Below, in pieces: positions 53,508-63,450 of a DNA stretch of 64,000 nt. This DNA comes from an uncultured Lachnospiraceae bacterium (GTDB taxonomy: Bacteria; Bacillota; Clostridia; Lachnospirales; Anaerotignaceae). The position numbers were made by a program, and so were the translations under genes. Position 1 is the first letter of the stretch; each line of letters starts with the position of its first letter. The notes beneath the pieces are model-generated. The model ran no database searches. It was not told where the DNA came from and worked only from the letters and a program-made list of their open reading frames with translations. The stretch spans positions 79,942-143,941 of the forward strand of contig CALWKY010000041.1 in NCBI GenBank assembly GCA_944381395.1. Reading direction: 5' to 3'.

Positions 53508-54346
53508 ACCAATGCCTCCTTCAATCTATCTTTTTTCAAACAACAGTTACGATCTATGGTATGACTTGGCTTTTCTGCCAAATCATTACAAATTGAAATA
53601 GCTTGCTTTTGCTGTATAAGGTCAATTTTAATTTTTCCTTTTTCAAATAAAATCCATTCAGAAATTCGAATTCTATTAGAAACTATTTTCCTTACAAACC
53701 TTTTTAACCCTTTATATTCATATTATGCGATAACCTCGCTGGCAGATTAATTGGCAGATCCATAAAACATACACCGGAAAAGAAAAGATTTCTTGTTATT
53801 ACGTTAAAACTATCCGAAATATTATCTATCCGCTTTTCTAAACACCTTACAAGCAAAACTAAACTATGTCTTTATTTTAACCTAAAATGTCTTTTTTTGC
53901 AACAAGGAATATAATGATTATGTATAATCTATTTTTAATTTTTTATAAAAATATAATTTATATTTACAAATCCCTATTAAAATTTGCTTCTATTATCAAC
54001 TTTATGTACAAAAATCCACCCCTATCCATTTGATTTACAAAATAAAAAATATTTCTTTCTACTTAGTAGTAAAAATAAACTGCTTTCCATATTTCTAATC
54101 TATCTTTTTTATTTTACATAAAAAAATTCGCCCATATCCATTAAAAACAAAGATTTCCCCTTGCATCTACTTTCCTTCCTTGCTAAAATAGGAAAAGTAA
54201 TCGCATATTTTCTTATAAATTCTATTTTTTATGTAATAATATGCATTTTCTAAAATGAAGCATCATTTTTTATGCCAATAGATAACGTTTTTTGAAATCA
54301 AACTGATATTTGATATAAAATCATTTGATATGAAGGGGATGAAACG

Positions 54347-54808
54347 ATGATTCGCGTTTTATTTATCTGCCACGGCAATATCTGTCGTAGTCCAATGGCA
54401 GAATTTATTTTTCGGGATTTGGTAGAAAAGAAGGGACTCTCTCATAAAATCGAAACCGCTTCCTGTGCCACCAGCCGTGAGGAAATCGGTAATCCTGTTT
54501 ATCCTCCAGCAAGACGGATCCTTTTGGAACATGGTATTTTCTGTGAAGGAAAAACAGCACGGCAGCTCGTAAAAGAAGACTACGCTTATTACGATTATTT
54601 GGTTGCTATGGAAAACTATAATCTGCGCAACATGAAAAAAATCATTGCCAGTGACCCACAGCATAAAATCAGCAGGCTATTGGACTTTACCTCCCATCCG
54701 GGAGATATTGATGATCCTTGGTACAGCGGGGATTTCCAAACAGCTTATGATGAAATTTTTCGCGGCTGCCAAGGTCTTCTTGCACAAATACAATCGAAAT
54801 TGTCCTAA
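54347..54808 (+). CDS. Low-molecular-weight protein-tyrosine phosphatase
   Basis: 153 aa. P-loop CHGNICRS and the DP motif (DIDDPWY). Confidence 0.9.
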   Translation: MIRVLFICHGNICRSPMAEFIFRDLVEKKGLSHKIETASCATSREEIGNPVYPPARRILLEHGIFCEGKTARQLVKEDYAYYDYLVAMENYNLRNMKKIIASDPQHKISRLLDFTSHPGDIDDPWYSGDFQTAYDEIFRGCQGLLAQIQSKLS

Positions 54809-54836
54809 AGATACATCAGAGAAAAGAGGAAGTATT

Positions 54837-55247
54837 ATGAGTAAATATATTGTAAAGACAGGATTAGAAGAAATGGATTTTCAGGCAGTTCTTGATCTAT
54901 TGCATCAGGCACACTGGACAAAAGGAAGATCTGACGATGTAATCAAAAAATCCATGGAAAATTCCATTTGCTTTGGTGTATTCGATACAGAAACCGGAAA
55001 ACAAGTAGGGTTTTCCCGTGTTTTTACAGATTATACCACTGCGTATTATCTATGTGATGTTATTATCCATCGGGATTTACGCAAACAAGGATTAGGTTCT
55101 ATGATGATTCATGCCATCATTACAGATCCACGCTTTGGTCATTTGCGTGGTGTACTTTGTACAACATACGCGTCTGGATTTTACCGTCATCATGGGTTCG
55201 GTGTTGGAGAAGCATTATTTATGGAGCGGCCGAGAGAACATTATTAA
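54837..55247 (+). CDS. GNAT-family N-acetyltransferase
   Basis: Start set at MSKYIV (AAGAGGA RBS). Motifs HRDLRKQGLGSMMIHAI and FYRHHGF. Confidence 0.8.
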   Translation: MSKYIVKTGLEEMDFQAVLDLLHQAHWTKGRSDDVIKKSMENSICFGVFDTETGKQVGFSRVFTDYTTAYYLCDVIIHRDLRKQGLGSMMIHAIITDPRFGHLRGVLCTTYASGFYRHHGFGVGEALFMERPREHY

Positions 55248-55284
55248 GTAAAATCATTGAAATTAAGAGCGCATTCATTAGGAA

Positions 55285-55429
55285 AACAAAAACAGCTGAA
55301 ACCCTTACCATAACAAGGATTTCAGCTGTTTTTTTCATCTGCGTTGCCTTTTTAAAGACAGTCATCACAGTTTCCCGTTAGAAATCAAAAGAAAAGAATG
55401 TTTTCTGATAGGAAAGTTGCTTTTTCCAA
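55285..55429 (-). repeat. Two-hairpin 3' intergenic element, copy D (downstream of pyk)
   Basis: On the minus strand: CTTTCCTATCAGAAAACATTCTTTTCTTTTGATTTCTAACGGGAAA forms hairpin 1. A degenerate box, CTGTGATGACTGTCTTT, follows. Hairpin 2 is ACAGCTGAAATCCTT.../...AAGGGTTTCAGCTGT (55292-55329), then TTTTTGTTTT. Confidence 0.65.
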
Positions 55430-57190
55430 TTATTCGTTTTCTGGAATACCGCGGAAAACAGAACCGCTTTGTGGATCTAATGTTAATAAAGTGCGATCCG
55501 GCAGAAAATCTACAACTTTTGTATTGCACAGAATAACCGGTAAATTTAATGCCCGCGCAGCAATTTCTGCATGGCAAGTATCTCCATTGCCTACCGGTCC
55601 TACAATCAAAGCAGAAGCTTTCTGGATATAAGGCATATAATCGTTATCTGTTGCTGTGGTAACTAAAATATCACCTTTGCGGAATTTCGTTTCCAGATCT
55701 TTTCTAGTGCGGATAATACAGCTTTTTCCGCTGATGCGTTTATGCCCAATACCAATTCCCTTACACAGAATATTACCCACAATATCCACACGCATGGTAT
55801 TGGTAGCGCCACTAGTTCCGGCGGGCATGCCCACAACGGTTACAATGGTATCCCCTTCTCGGACTAATCCGCTTTGTTTTGCAACTTCCACTGCTGCATG
55901 GAACATCTCACTGGTAGGGGTTTCTTTTTGATATAAAACGGGTTTACAGTTCCATAAAAGGTTTAACTGCCTCCAAACCTGTTCGTCTCCCGTACCTGCT
56001 ACAATCGGACAGATTGGTCTGTGTTTTGCTACCATTCTTGCGGTAAAGCCGGAACGGGTTACGGTACAAATGCATGTTGTACCCAGTTCAGCAGCTGCCG
56101 TACAAGCCGCATAACTCAGTGCGTTGGTAATACTGGTTTTTACTTTGGAGAATGTTTTGGTCAGCATTTCGGTATAGTCAATACTGCTTTCTGTCTTTTC
56201 TGCAATTCTAGCCATGGTAGCTACGGCTTCTGCCGGATAATCCCCCTTTGCTGTTTCGCCAGAAAGCATGACACAGTCTGTACCATCAAAAATGGCATTG
56301 GCTACGTCATTTGCCTCTGCTCTTGTGGGTCTAGGATTAGAGATCATGCTCTCCAACATCTGCGTTGCAGTAATGACATGTTTATTCAACGCATTGGCCT
56401 TACGAATCAAAGTCTTTTGTACCAGCGGCACCTCTTCCGGCGGGATTTCTACGCCCAAATCACCTCTGGCTACCATAATGCCGTCAGAAACTTCCAAAAT
56501 CTCATCAATATTATTGACACCCTCTCGGTTTTCGATTTTAGAAATAATAAGCATCTTCTCTCCGCCAAATTCTTCCAGCACATGACGCAATTTCGCCACG
56601 TCAGCAGCAGAACGAATGAAGGAAGCCGCCACCAGATCAAATCCATTTTCTACGCCAAATTTCAGATCCGCAACATCTTTTTCTGTCAAAGACGGCAAGT
56701 TAATGTAAACTCCAGGAACATTTACCCCTTTATTCGCACTGACTACGCCACCATTGACAATCTTACAGAAAATCTCTTTCTCCGTAGTGCCTGTTACTTC
56801 CAGTTCAATCAAACCGTCATCAATTAAAATGGTAGTGCCTTTCGTTACATCTTTAGGCAGCTCCGCGTAGGTAATGGAAACTTTCGTTTCATCCCCTTCC
56901 ACTTCTTCTGTTGTCAAGGTAAAGGGTTTTCCGTTCTCCAGTATAACACTTTCTGTGGAAAAATTCTTAATCCGGATTTCCGGTCCTTTTGTATCTAACA
57001 TCAACGGAATGGGTGCATTCATTGCTTCTCTGGCTTCTTTTAAAAGCTCAATAGTCTGTTTATGGGACGCATACGTACCATGGGAAAAATTGATTCTTGC
57101 CACATCCATACCATTGGCAATCAATTTTTTCAGCATATCCACGCTCATGGTAGCAGGTCCTAAGGTACACACAATTTTTGTTCTTCTCAT
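55430..57190 (-). CDS. pyk: Pyruvate kinase with a C-terminal PEP-utilizer (PEPut) domain
   Basis: Start set at MRRTKIVCTLGP. Motifs NFSHG, MVARGDLGVEIP and a C-terminal ...GGATNTM/HAEIAAR... swivel-like domain, as in Bacillus Pyk. Confidence 0.95.
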   Translation of the reverse strand: MRRTKIVCTLGPATMSVDMLKKLIANGMDVARINFSHGTYASHKQTIELLKEAREAMNAPIPLMLDTKGPEIRIKNFSTESVILENGKPFTLTTEEVEGDETKVSITYAELPKDVTKGTTILIDDGLIELEVTGTTEKEIFCKIVNGGVVSANKGVNVPGVYINLPSLTEKDVADLKFGVENGFDLVAASFIRSAADVAKLRHVLEEFGGEKMLIISKIENREGVNNIDEILEVSDGIMVARGDLGVEIPPEEVPLVQKTLIRKANALNKHVITATQMLESMISNPRPTRAEANDVANAIFDGTDCVMLSGETAKGDYPAEAVATMARIAEKTESSIDYTEMLTKTFSKVKTSITNALSYAACTAAAELGTTCICTVTRSGFTARMVAKHRPICPIVAGTGDEQVWRQLNLLWNCKPVLYQKETPTSEMFHAAVEVAKQSGLVREGDTIVTVVGMPAGTSGATNTMRVDIVGNILCKGIGIGHKRISGKSCIIRTRKDLETKFRKGDILVTTATDNDYMPYIQKASALIVGPVGNGDTCHAEIAARALNLPVILCNTKVVDFLPDRTLLTLDPQSGSVFRGIPENE

Positions 57191-57242
57191 ATTGTATTTC
57201 TTCACCTTCTTTTATAACTTCCTGCTAATATATGATCTTATC

Positions 57243-58220
57243 TTAAATAGATAAGGTCTTAATAATGTCATAGTACTCCAGATCTAATGTCTTTTGCATG
57301 CTGAAACTTGCTTCCAGATCCAGCATTTCATACCTGCCACGGTTAAAGCAAACAACCTGGTTCTGTCTGCCTTCCAATACCGCTTTTACAGCATAATATC
57401 CCATCATGGAAGCATGCATACGGTCCGTTGCCGTAGGTGTACCACCTCTTTGCAAATGACCCAAAATAGTAGCTCTGGTCTGAATACCGGTAATGCTTTG
57501 GATATCGTCGGCTAATTTCTGGGTGCCGCCAATCCCTTCCGCTACCACAATCAAATTATGACGCTTACCGGTGCTGCGATTGGTAATGATCTGCTGGATC
57601 ACCTTCTTAGAATCCTGAATATCTTTTGCTTCCGGGAACATAACATCCTCTGCACCGCCAGTCATGGCACACCAAATAGCAATATATCCAGCGTTTCTTC
57701 CCATTACCTCTACCACGGAGCATCTTTCATGAGAACTGGATGTGTCTCTTAACTTATTTAACGCATCCATACCGGTATTGACTGCTGTATCGAAGCCGAT
57801 GGTATATTCTGTACCATTCATATCCAAATCAATGGTTGCAGGAATGCCAATGCAGTTGACGCCAAACTTTGCCAATTCCCGCATGCCGCGATAACTGCCG
57901 TCGCCACCAATTACAATCAGTGCGTCTAAGCCTAAAATATCATAAATGGCAGCTGCTTTTTTCTGCCCTTCTATGGTTAGCATTTCAGGGCTTCTGGCAG
58001 TATGCAGCACTGTTCCGCCTAAATTGATGATATTAGATACATCACGGCTGCTCATTTCTTTGATTTCGCCATTAATCAAACCGTTATATCCTTTGCGGAT
58101 ACCGATTACTTCCATTTGGCTGCTTAATGCGGTACGTACCACTGCACGAATCGCCGCATTCATACCAGGCGCATCTCCGCCGCTGGTCAATACGCCAATC
58201 TTTTTTATTTTTTTATCCAT
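57243..58220 (-). CDS. pfkA: ATP-dependent 6-phosphofructokinase
   Basis: 325 aa. Motifs IGVLTSGGDAPGMNAAIR, IGGDGS, PATIDLD and LGHLQRGG. Confidence 0.95.
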   Translation of the reverse strand: MDKKIKKIGVLTSGGDAPGMNAAIRAVVRTALSSQMEVIGIRKGYNGLINGEIKEMSSRDVSNIINLGGTVLHTARSPEMLTIEGQKKAAAIYDILGLDALIVIGGDGSYRGMRELAKFGVNCIGIPATIDLDMNGTEYTIGFDTAVNTGMDALNKLRDTSSSHERCSVVEVMGRNAGYIAIWCAMTGGAEDVMFPEAKDIQDSKKVIQQIITNRSTGKRHNLIVVAEGIGGTQKLADDIQSITGIQTRATILGHLQRGGTPTATDRMHASMMGYYAVKAVLEGRQNQVVCFNRGRYEMLDLEASFSMQKTLDLEYYDIIKTLSI

Positions 58221-58283
58221 ACAAATATTGCCCCCTTCTTACTGAATTGTTCTGTACTTTACTGGCAATGATCTGCCTTTATT

Positions 58284-58550
58284 TCAAGAATTGGCATCAT
58301 TTCCGCCGATTTCTATATCTCCTGATAAAATTTTTCCAAAACGAGTATAGATTTCCGCTTTTCCGCGGATTTTCATAGCAGAAGTATTTTCTGTAAATTG
58401 CGCGATGAGCACTTCACCTGCATCCAGTTTTTCCGTATGGTGAATTTTCGTGGTTTCTCCTCTGGTCACACCGATGAGGTTTACACCGCGCTCTAATGCC
58501 TTCACACAGATATATTCCGCGTCATCCGAAAAAAACATTTTTTCTTCCAT
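58284..58550 (-). CDS. Small hypothetical protein (88 aa) between dnaE and pfkA
   Basis: A GGAGCG RBS is present, and the gene is tightly packed between its neighbours. I recognise no family. Confidence 0.5.
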   Translation of the reverse strand: MEEKMFFSDDAEYICVKALERGVNLIGVTRGETTKIHHTEKLDAGEVLIAQFTENTSAMKIRGKAEIYTRFGKILSGDIEIGGNDANS

Positions 58551-58572
58551 GCCATCGCTCCTTTTTTTCGTT

Positions 58573-61500
58573 TCATTGCGTCACTTGCTTCCAAACCACA
58601 TTGCCTTTTCCCAGCAAGTCTTCCAGATTTTTTGTCAGTCCTGCCTCTTTGCGCACCCAAAATTTTTCTTCTGCTTTCATTTTTTGTTTTGTTTTTTCAT
58701 CATAAATATAAACAGGAAAGCTGCCATAGCTGCTGCTTAATACATCTAAGATCTGAGAAAAAGTTACCGCTGTATCCGCTGTTTTTTTCAGCCAGAGCTG
58801 ATAGAAGGCTTCTTCCCGCTGTGTTGTTTCAGAAAATAACTTTACATCAGAAGCAATCAGTTTCCCTACGCCTTCCGCAGAAACATCTGCACGACCGGAA
58901 ATCAGCAAAACCTGATCTTCCCGCAATAAAGAAGCACATTGCGTATACAAATTAGGGAAAATAATCACTTCCACAGTACCTGTCATATCTTCCAGCTGCA
59001 AGAATGCCATTTGCTGATTATTTTTCGTATATTTAATGGATTTTTCCGCAATCAGCCCGCCAAGGATCACCGATGCATGATCCTGCACCTGTACTCTGCC
59101 GCTCTCTTCTGTGGGTAAGAAATCCAATGCCAAATGACTTACTTTACGTCGCAATTCTTTTTCATATGCAGCCAAAGGATGTCCGCTGACATAAATGCCA
59201 ATGACTTCTTTTTCCATCGCTAATTTCTCAGCCACAGAAATCTCCTCTATATCCGGCAATTCATCTCTTTCTTCTAATCCTTCCCCATCTTCCTGATTCA
59301 TATCAAAAAGATTTATCTGACCCACAATATTATTCTTTCTGGCTTGTCCAATGCTATCTAAAATTACTTTATAAACTGCTATATACTGGCTGCGTTTTCC
59401 ACCTAAGCTATCAAATGCGCCCGCTTTAATCAACGCTTCTATACCACGTTTATTCCAATCTGTTTCTTCCAGACGCTTGCAGAAATTTGTCATGGACGTA
59501 AAAGAACCATGTTCATCCCGTTCCTTTACCAGTGTCTCTACAGCACCCTTTCCCACACTCTTAATGGCTGCTAATGCAAATCGAATACTATTGCCGGAAA
59601 CGGCAAAGTTAGCACGGCTTTCGTTGATATCCGGCGGTAAAATAGAAATTCCCATCTTGCCACATTCTTCAATATAACCAATCAATTTACCTGTGTTCCA
59701 CATGACGCTGGTCATCAATGCAGCCATAAATTCTACCGGATAATAGGTTTTGAGCCACGCTGTCTGATAAGCTACAACAGCATAACATGCCGCATGACTT
59801 TTATTAAAAGCGTATTTGGCAAAGTCTGTCATTTCATCAAAGATTTGCTCCGCCACTTCTGCCGGAATACCGTTTGCTACACAGCCTTTGACGGTTTTTT
59901 CATCGCCATATACGAAATTTTTACGCTCCTGCGCCATGACATCTGCTTTCTTTTTACTCATAGCACGGCGCACCAAATCGCTTCGACCCAAACTATAGCC
60001 AGCCAAATCCCGCACAATCTGCATAACCTGTTCCTGGTAAACAATACAGCCGTAGGTATTTTTCAAAATTGGCTCCAGCGCAGGATGGGTATAGCGGATA
60101 TGCTCCGGATCATTTTTCCCTTCGATATATTTGGGAATAAAGTCCATAGGACCAGGGCGATACAAAGAAATCCCCGCAATCAAATCTTCCAGGCAAGTAG
60201 GCTGCAATTCTTTCATGAATTGTTTCATGCCATTGCTTTCCAGCTGGAATACGCCTTCGGTTTTGCCCTGGCTGATCAATTGATAGACTTTTGGTTCTTC
60301 CGGCAAATGGTCTATATCCACAGTGACTCCTGTATTACGCTTAATTTCTGCCACTGCGTCACGAATGACCGTTAACGTACGCAGACCTAAAAAGTCCATT
60401 TTCAATAATCCCAGTTCTTCCAATAACGTCATGGTATACTGGGTATTGATAATGCCCTCGCTGGTAGTCAAAGGCACATATTCCATAACCGGCTCTTTAC
60501 AAATTACCACACCGGCAGCATGAGTGGAAGAATGTCTGGGCAGACCTTCCAAACGGATGGAAGTATCGATCAAGCGTTTTACGGCTTCATCTTCTTCATA
60601 CGCCTGCTTTAATTCCGGATTTTTTTCCAGCGCTTTGGTAAGGGTAATCCCCAATTCTGTAGGCACCATTTTTGAGATGCGGTCTACTTCGCTATAAGGC
60701 ATAGCCAGAGCGCGTCCTACGTCTTTAATTGCCGCACGGGCTGCCAGTGTTCCGAAAGTAACAATCTGTGCCACATGGTCTTCCCCATATTTTTCATTGA
60801 CGTAATCAATGACTTCCTGCCGTCTTTCATAGCAGAAATCCACATCAATATCAGGCATGCTGACACGTTCCGGATTCAGGAAACGCTCAAAAATCAGATC
60901 GTATTTCAGAGGATCCAATGTGGTAATATCTAAGCAATAGCTGACCATACTGCCAGCAGCACTGCCTCTTCCTGGTCCTACCATAATGCCATGGGCTTTA
61001 GCGTAGTGAATATAGTCCCAAACAATGAGAAAATAATCCACATATCCCATGGTTTCAATGATACCCAATTCGTATTCCAAGCGGTCTTTTTTCGCTTGGT
61101 CAGCCTGAGGATATTTCTGTGCAAACCCCTCATAACAAAGTTTACGCAGATACGTTTTCGCATCCATGCCATCCGGCACATCATAATGGGGCAACTTCAA
61201 ATCATGGAATGTCAATTCCACATTACAGCGCCTTGCAATCTGAACTGTATTCTCCAATGCTTCCGGTACATTTGGAAAGAGTTCCAGCATTTCCTTGCCG
61301 CTTTTCAAATAATACTGTCCGCCTTCATAGCGCATCCGGTCTTCATCCAGCACTGTTTTACCCGTCTGGATACATAATAAAATATCGTGGGGCTCTGCAT
61401 CTTCTTTATAAATATAATGGCTGTCATTGGTGCAGATCAAAGGAATCCCCGTCTCCTTACTCATGCGCAGAAGCGCAGCATTCACCTTACGCTGCTCTGT

Positions 61501-62070
61501 CATGCCATGATCCTGCAGTTCCAAAAAGAAATTGCCTTCGCCAAAAATATCCAAGTATTCCAAAGCGGATTTTTTCGCCTGTTCGTAGCTATGGTCCAAA
61601 ATATTTCTTGCCACTTCACCCGCTAAACAAGCAGAAGACGCAATGATACCCTGGTGATACTTGCGCAGTAATTCTTTATCCACCCGTGGTTTGTAATAAA
61701 AACCATCGATAAAACCATAGCTTACAATTTTGATCAGGTTGTGGTAGCCTTCCAAATTTTCTGCCAGCAGTACCAGATGGTAATAACCGCCGCCTTTTCC
61801 TTCTTTTTTTAGGCGGCTGCCTTCCGCAACATAAACCTCGCAGCCAATAATCGGCTTAATGCCTACATTTTTTGCCGCTTTATAAAACTCAATGGCACCA
61901 TACATTGCGCCATGGTCCGTAATCGCCAAACTATCCATGCCCAGTTCTTTTGCCCGGGCAACTAATTCTTTAATTTTTGCAGAACCGTCTAAGAGACTAT
62001 ATTCCGTATGTACATGCAGCGGAATAAAGGGGACAAAATTCTTCTCATCCATTTCCTGTCTATTTTCCAT
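58573..62070 (-). CDS. dnaE: DNA polymerase III alpha subunit (DnaE-type)
   Basis: 1165 aa. PHP domain (LHVHTEYSLLDG, ITDHG), polymerase core (PDIDVDF, GLLKMDFLGL, NKSHAACYA) and a C-terminal OB fold. Confidence 0.95.
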   Translation of the reverse strand: MENRQEMDEKNFVPFIPLHVHTEYSLLDGSAKIKELVARAKELGMDSLAITDHGAMYGAIEFYKAAKNVGIKPIIGCEVYVAEGSRLKKEGKGGGYYHLVLLAENLEGYHNLIKIVSYGFIDGFYYKPRVDKELLRKYHQGIIASSACLAGEVARNILDHSYEQAKKSALEYLDIFGEGNFFLELQDHGMTEQRKVNAALLRMSKETGIPLICTNDSHYIYKEDAEPHDILLCIQTGKTVLDEDRMRYEGGQYYLKSGKEMLELFPNVPEALENTVQIARRCNVELTFHDLKLPHYDVPDGMDAKTYLRKLCYEGFAQKYPQADQAKKDRLEYELGIIETMGYVDYFLIVWDYIHYAKAHGIMVGPGRGSAAGSMVSYCLDITTLDPLKYDLIFERFLNPERVSMPDIDVDFCYERRQEVIDYVNEKYGEDHVAQIVTFGTLAARAAIKDVGRALAMPYSEVDRISKMVPTELGITLTKALEKNPELKQAYEEDEAVKRLIDTSIRLEGLPRHSSTHAAGVVICKEPVMEYVPLTTSEGIINTQYTMTLLEELGLLKMDFLGLRTLTVIRDAVAEIKRNTGVTVDIDHLPEEPKVYQLISQGKTEGVFQLESNGMKQFMKELQPTCLEDLIAGISLYRPGPMDFIPKYIEGKNDPEHIRYTHPALEPILKNTYGCIVYQEQVMQIVRDLAGYSLGRSDLVRRAMSKKKADVMAQERKNFVYGDEKTVKGCVANGIPAEVAEQIFDEMTDFAKYAFNKSHAACYAVVAYQTAWLKTYYPVEFMAALMTSVMWNTGKLIGYIEECGKMGISILPPDINESRANFAVSGNSIRFALAAIKSVGKGAVETLVKERDEHGSFTSMTNFCKRLEETDWNKRGIEALIKAGAFDSLGGKRSQYIAVYKVILDSIGQARKNNIVGQINLFDMNQEDGEGLEERDELPDIEEISVAEKLAMEKEVIGIYVSGHPLAAYEKELRRKVSHLALDFLPTEESGRVQVQDHASVILGGLIAEKSIKYTKNNQQMAFLQLEDMTGTVEVIIFPNLYTQCASLLREDQVLLISGRADVSAEGVGKLIASDVKLFSETTQREEAFYQLWLKKTADTAVTFSQILDVLSSSYGSFPVYIYDEKTKQKMKAEEKFWVRKEAGLTKNLEDLLGKGNVVWKQVTQ

Positions 62071-62171
62071 GTGATACGGCGCCTCCTTCTCTATAAAATT
62101 GGAAAAAATCAGATACTATTTCGATCTATAGTACCAGCCCAATGATGGTTATAGTGTACCACAATATGGAT

Positions 62172-62203
62172 GAAAAAAAAAGAGTTTCCCATGCAAAAAC
62201 TCT
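62172..62203 (-). terminator. Rho-independent terminator after the ABC permease gene
   Basis: Minus strand reads AGAGTTT-ttgcatggg-AAACTCT followed by T9. Confidence 0.7.
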
Positions 62204-62241
62204 GCAAGAAAAACTCTCTGTTACTGTAAAAAACTGTTTCT

Positions 62242-63450
62242 TTATTCGTAGCGCAACGCTTCTACCGGATCTTTTTTTGCCGCTTTCAAGGCGGGATACA
62301 AACCAAATCCCACGCCAACCAAAGCAGAAAATGCAACTGCGAGAATAACAACAGAAGACTTCACCACTGCCTGAATGCCTATAATCGCACCGGCACCAGA
62401 AACAATGCCAATGCCAAGAACCATTCCTAAGGTACCGCCTAAAACAGAAATAATGGCGCTTTCCACCAGAAACTGTACCAAAATATCACTGGTACATGCG
62501 CCCAAAGCCTTTCGAATACCAATTTCTCTCGTGCGTTCTGTTACACTCACCAGCATAATATTCATAATCCCAATGCCGCCTACCAATAAGCTAATGGCAG
62601 CAATGGCGCCCAGTACCGCAGAAAGACCGCCCAACAGACTGTCTACCTGATCCATTTCGTCCATTGCGGAGTATACTCTTACTTGATCCGCAGTACAGTT
62701 TTTCATACGACTGATATAGTTAATCAATTTTTGTTTTGACTGCTCCATATTATGGTCTTCATTAAATACTACTTCCATTTGGAATTGTGTGGCGCCTTCT
62801 TGAGGCACCATAATTTCTTCCGTCACGTAGGCATTTTGAGGCTGTCCTCCAGACATCAGCTTCATAAAAGCAGAATCGTCATTTTCATATACACCTACTA
62901 CCATCAGTTCCTGTAATTCATTATTCAGTGTAATGGAAAACGTTTCCCCTACCGCATTCTCTTTTCCAAAAAGCGCCATAGCCGTGGATTTTTCCAAAAC
63001 CACATAATTCCGCTGGTGCAGCGCATCTTCATCGGATATCATCCGACCATATAAAATTTTCGGATCATACTGGGCAGTGGCGTTGGTTCCTACGCCGGTT
63101 AAATAAACCGTTTCCTGCTTCCGTCCCACTTTAATATCGATACGCTCGGAAACGCCAAAACCCGCATAAAGCAGATCATCGCCCATGGCATAGAGCAAAT
63201 CATCCCGATCGTCCTTAGAAAACAGATCATCTTCTGTGTAATAATCTTCTTCCGGCATAATATACAGATATGCGTATCCCGTACCAATCGCCTCGTACTC
63301 ACTGATAAAAGCACCACGCATGGTATCTCCTAAAGACACGATGCTGATTACAGAAAAAATACCAATAATCATGCCTAACATTGTCAAAAAGGAGCGCATT
63401 TTATTGGCACGGATTGCAGAAAGTGCCAACAGAATATTTTCTTTGATCAT
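62242..63450 (-). CDS. MacB/FtsX-type ABC transporter permease
   Basis: 402 aa. N-terminal TM segment, a large extracytoplasmic MacB-PCD-like domain, and a C-terminal FtsX 3-TM bundle (REIGIRKALGA). Confidence 0.85.
   Translation of the reverse strand: MIKENILLALSAIRANKMRSFLTMLGMIIGIFSVISIVSLGDTMRGAFISEYEAIGTGYAYLYIMPEEDYYTEDDLFSKDDRDDLLYAMGDDLLYAGFGVSERIDIKVGRKQETVYLTGVGTNATAQYDPKILYGRMISDEDALHQRNYVVLEKSTAMALFGKENAVGETFSITLNNELQELMVVGVYENDDSAFMKLMSGGQPQNAYVTEEIMVPQEGATQFQMEVVFNEDHNMEQSKQKLINYISRMKNCTADQVRVYSAMDEMDQVDSLLGGLSAVLGAIAAISLLVGGIGIMNIMLVSVTERTREIGIRKALGACTSDILVQFLVESAIISVLGGTLGMVLGIGIVSGAGAIIGIQAVVKSSVVILAVAFSALVGVGFGLYPALKAAKKDPVEALRYE

Noticed and set aside
53914-54033. 39-aa hydrophobic ORF (MIMYNLFLIFYKNIIYIYKSLLKFASIINFMYKNPPLSI) in the AT-rich island, considered as a possible type I toxin
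   Set aside because: The only ribosome-binding candidate is a weak AAGGA. The composition simply mirrors the AT-rich DNA (Ile/Tyr/Asn/Lys/Phe). I can see no antisense RNA or terminator structure, so this is insufficient evidence.
53508-54346. CRISPR array or replication origin in the AT-rich island
   Set aside because: There are no regularly spaced direct repeats, no cas genes and no cluster of consensus DnaA boxes (only single near-matches). The dnaA and dnaN context is also absent.
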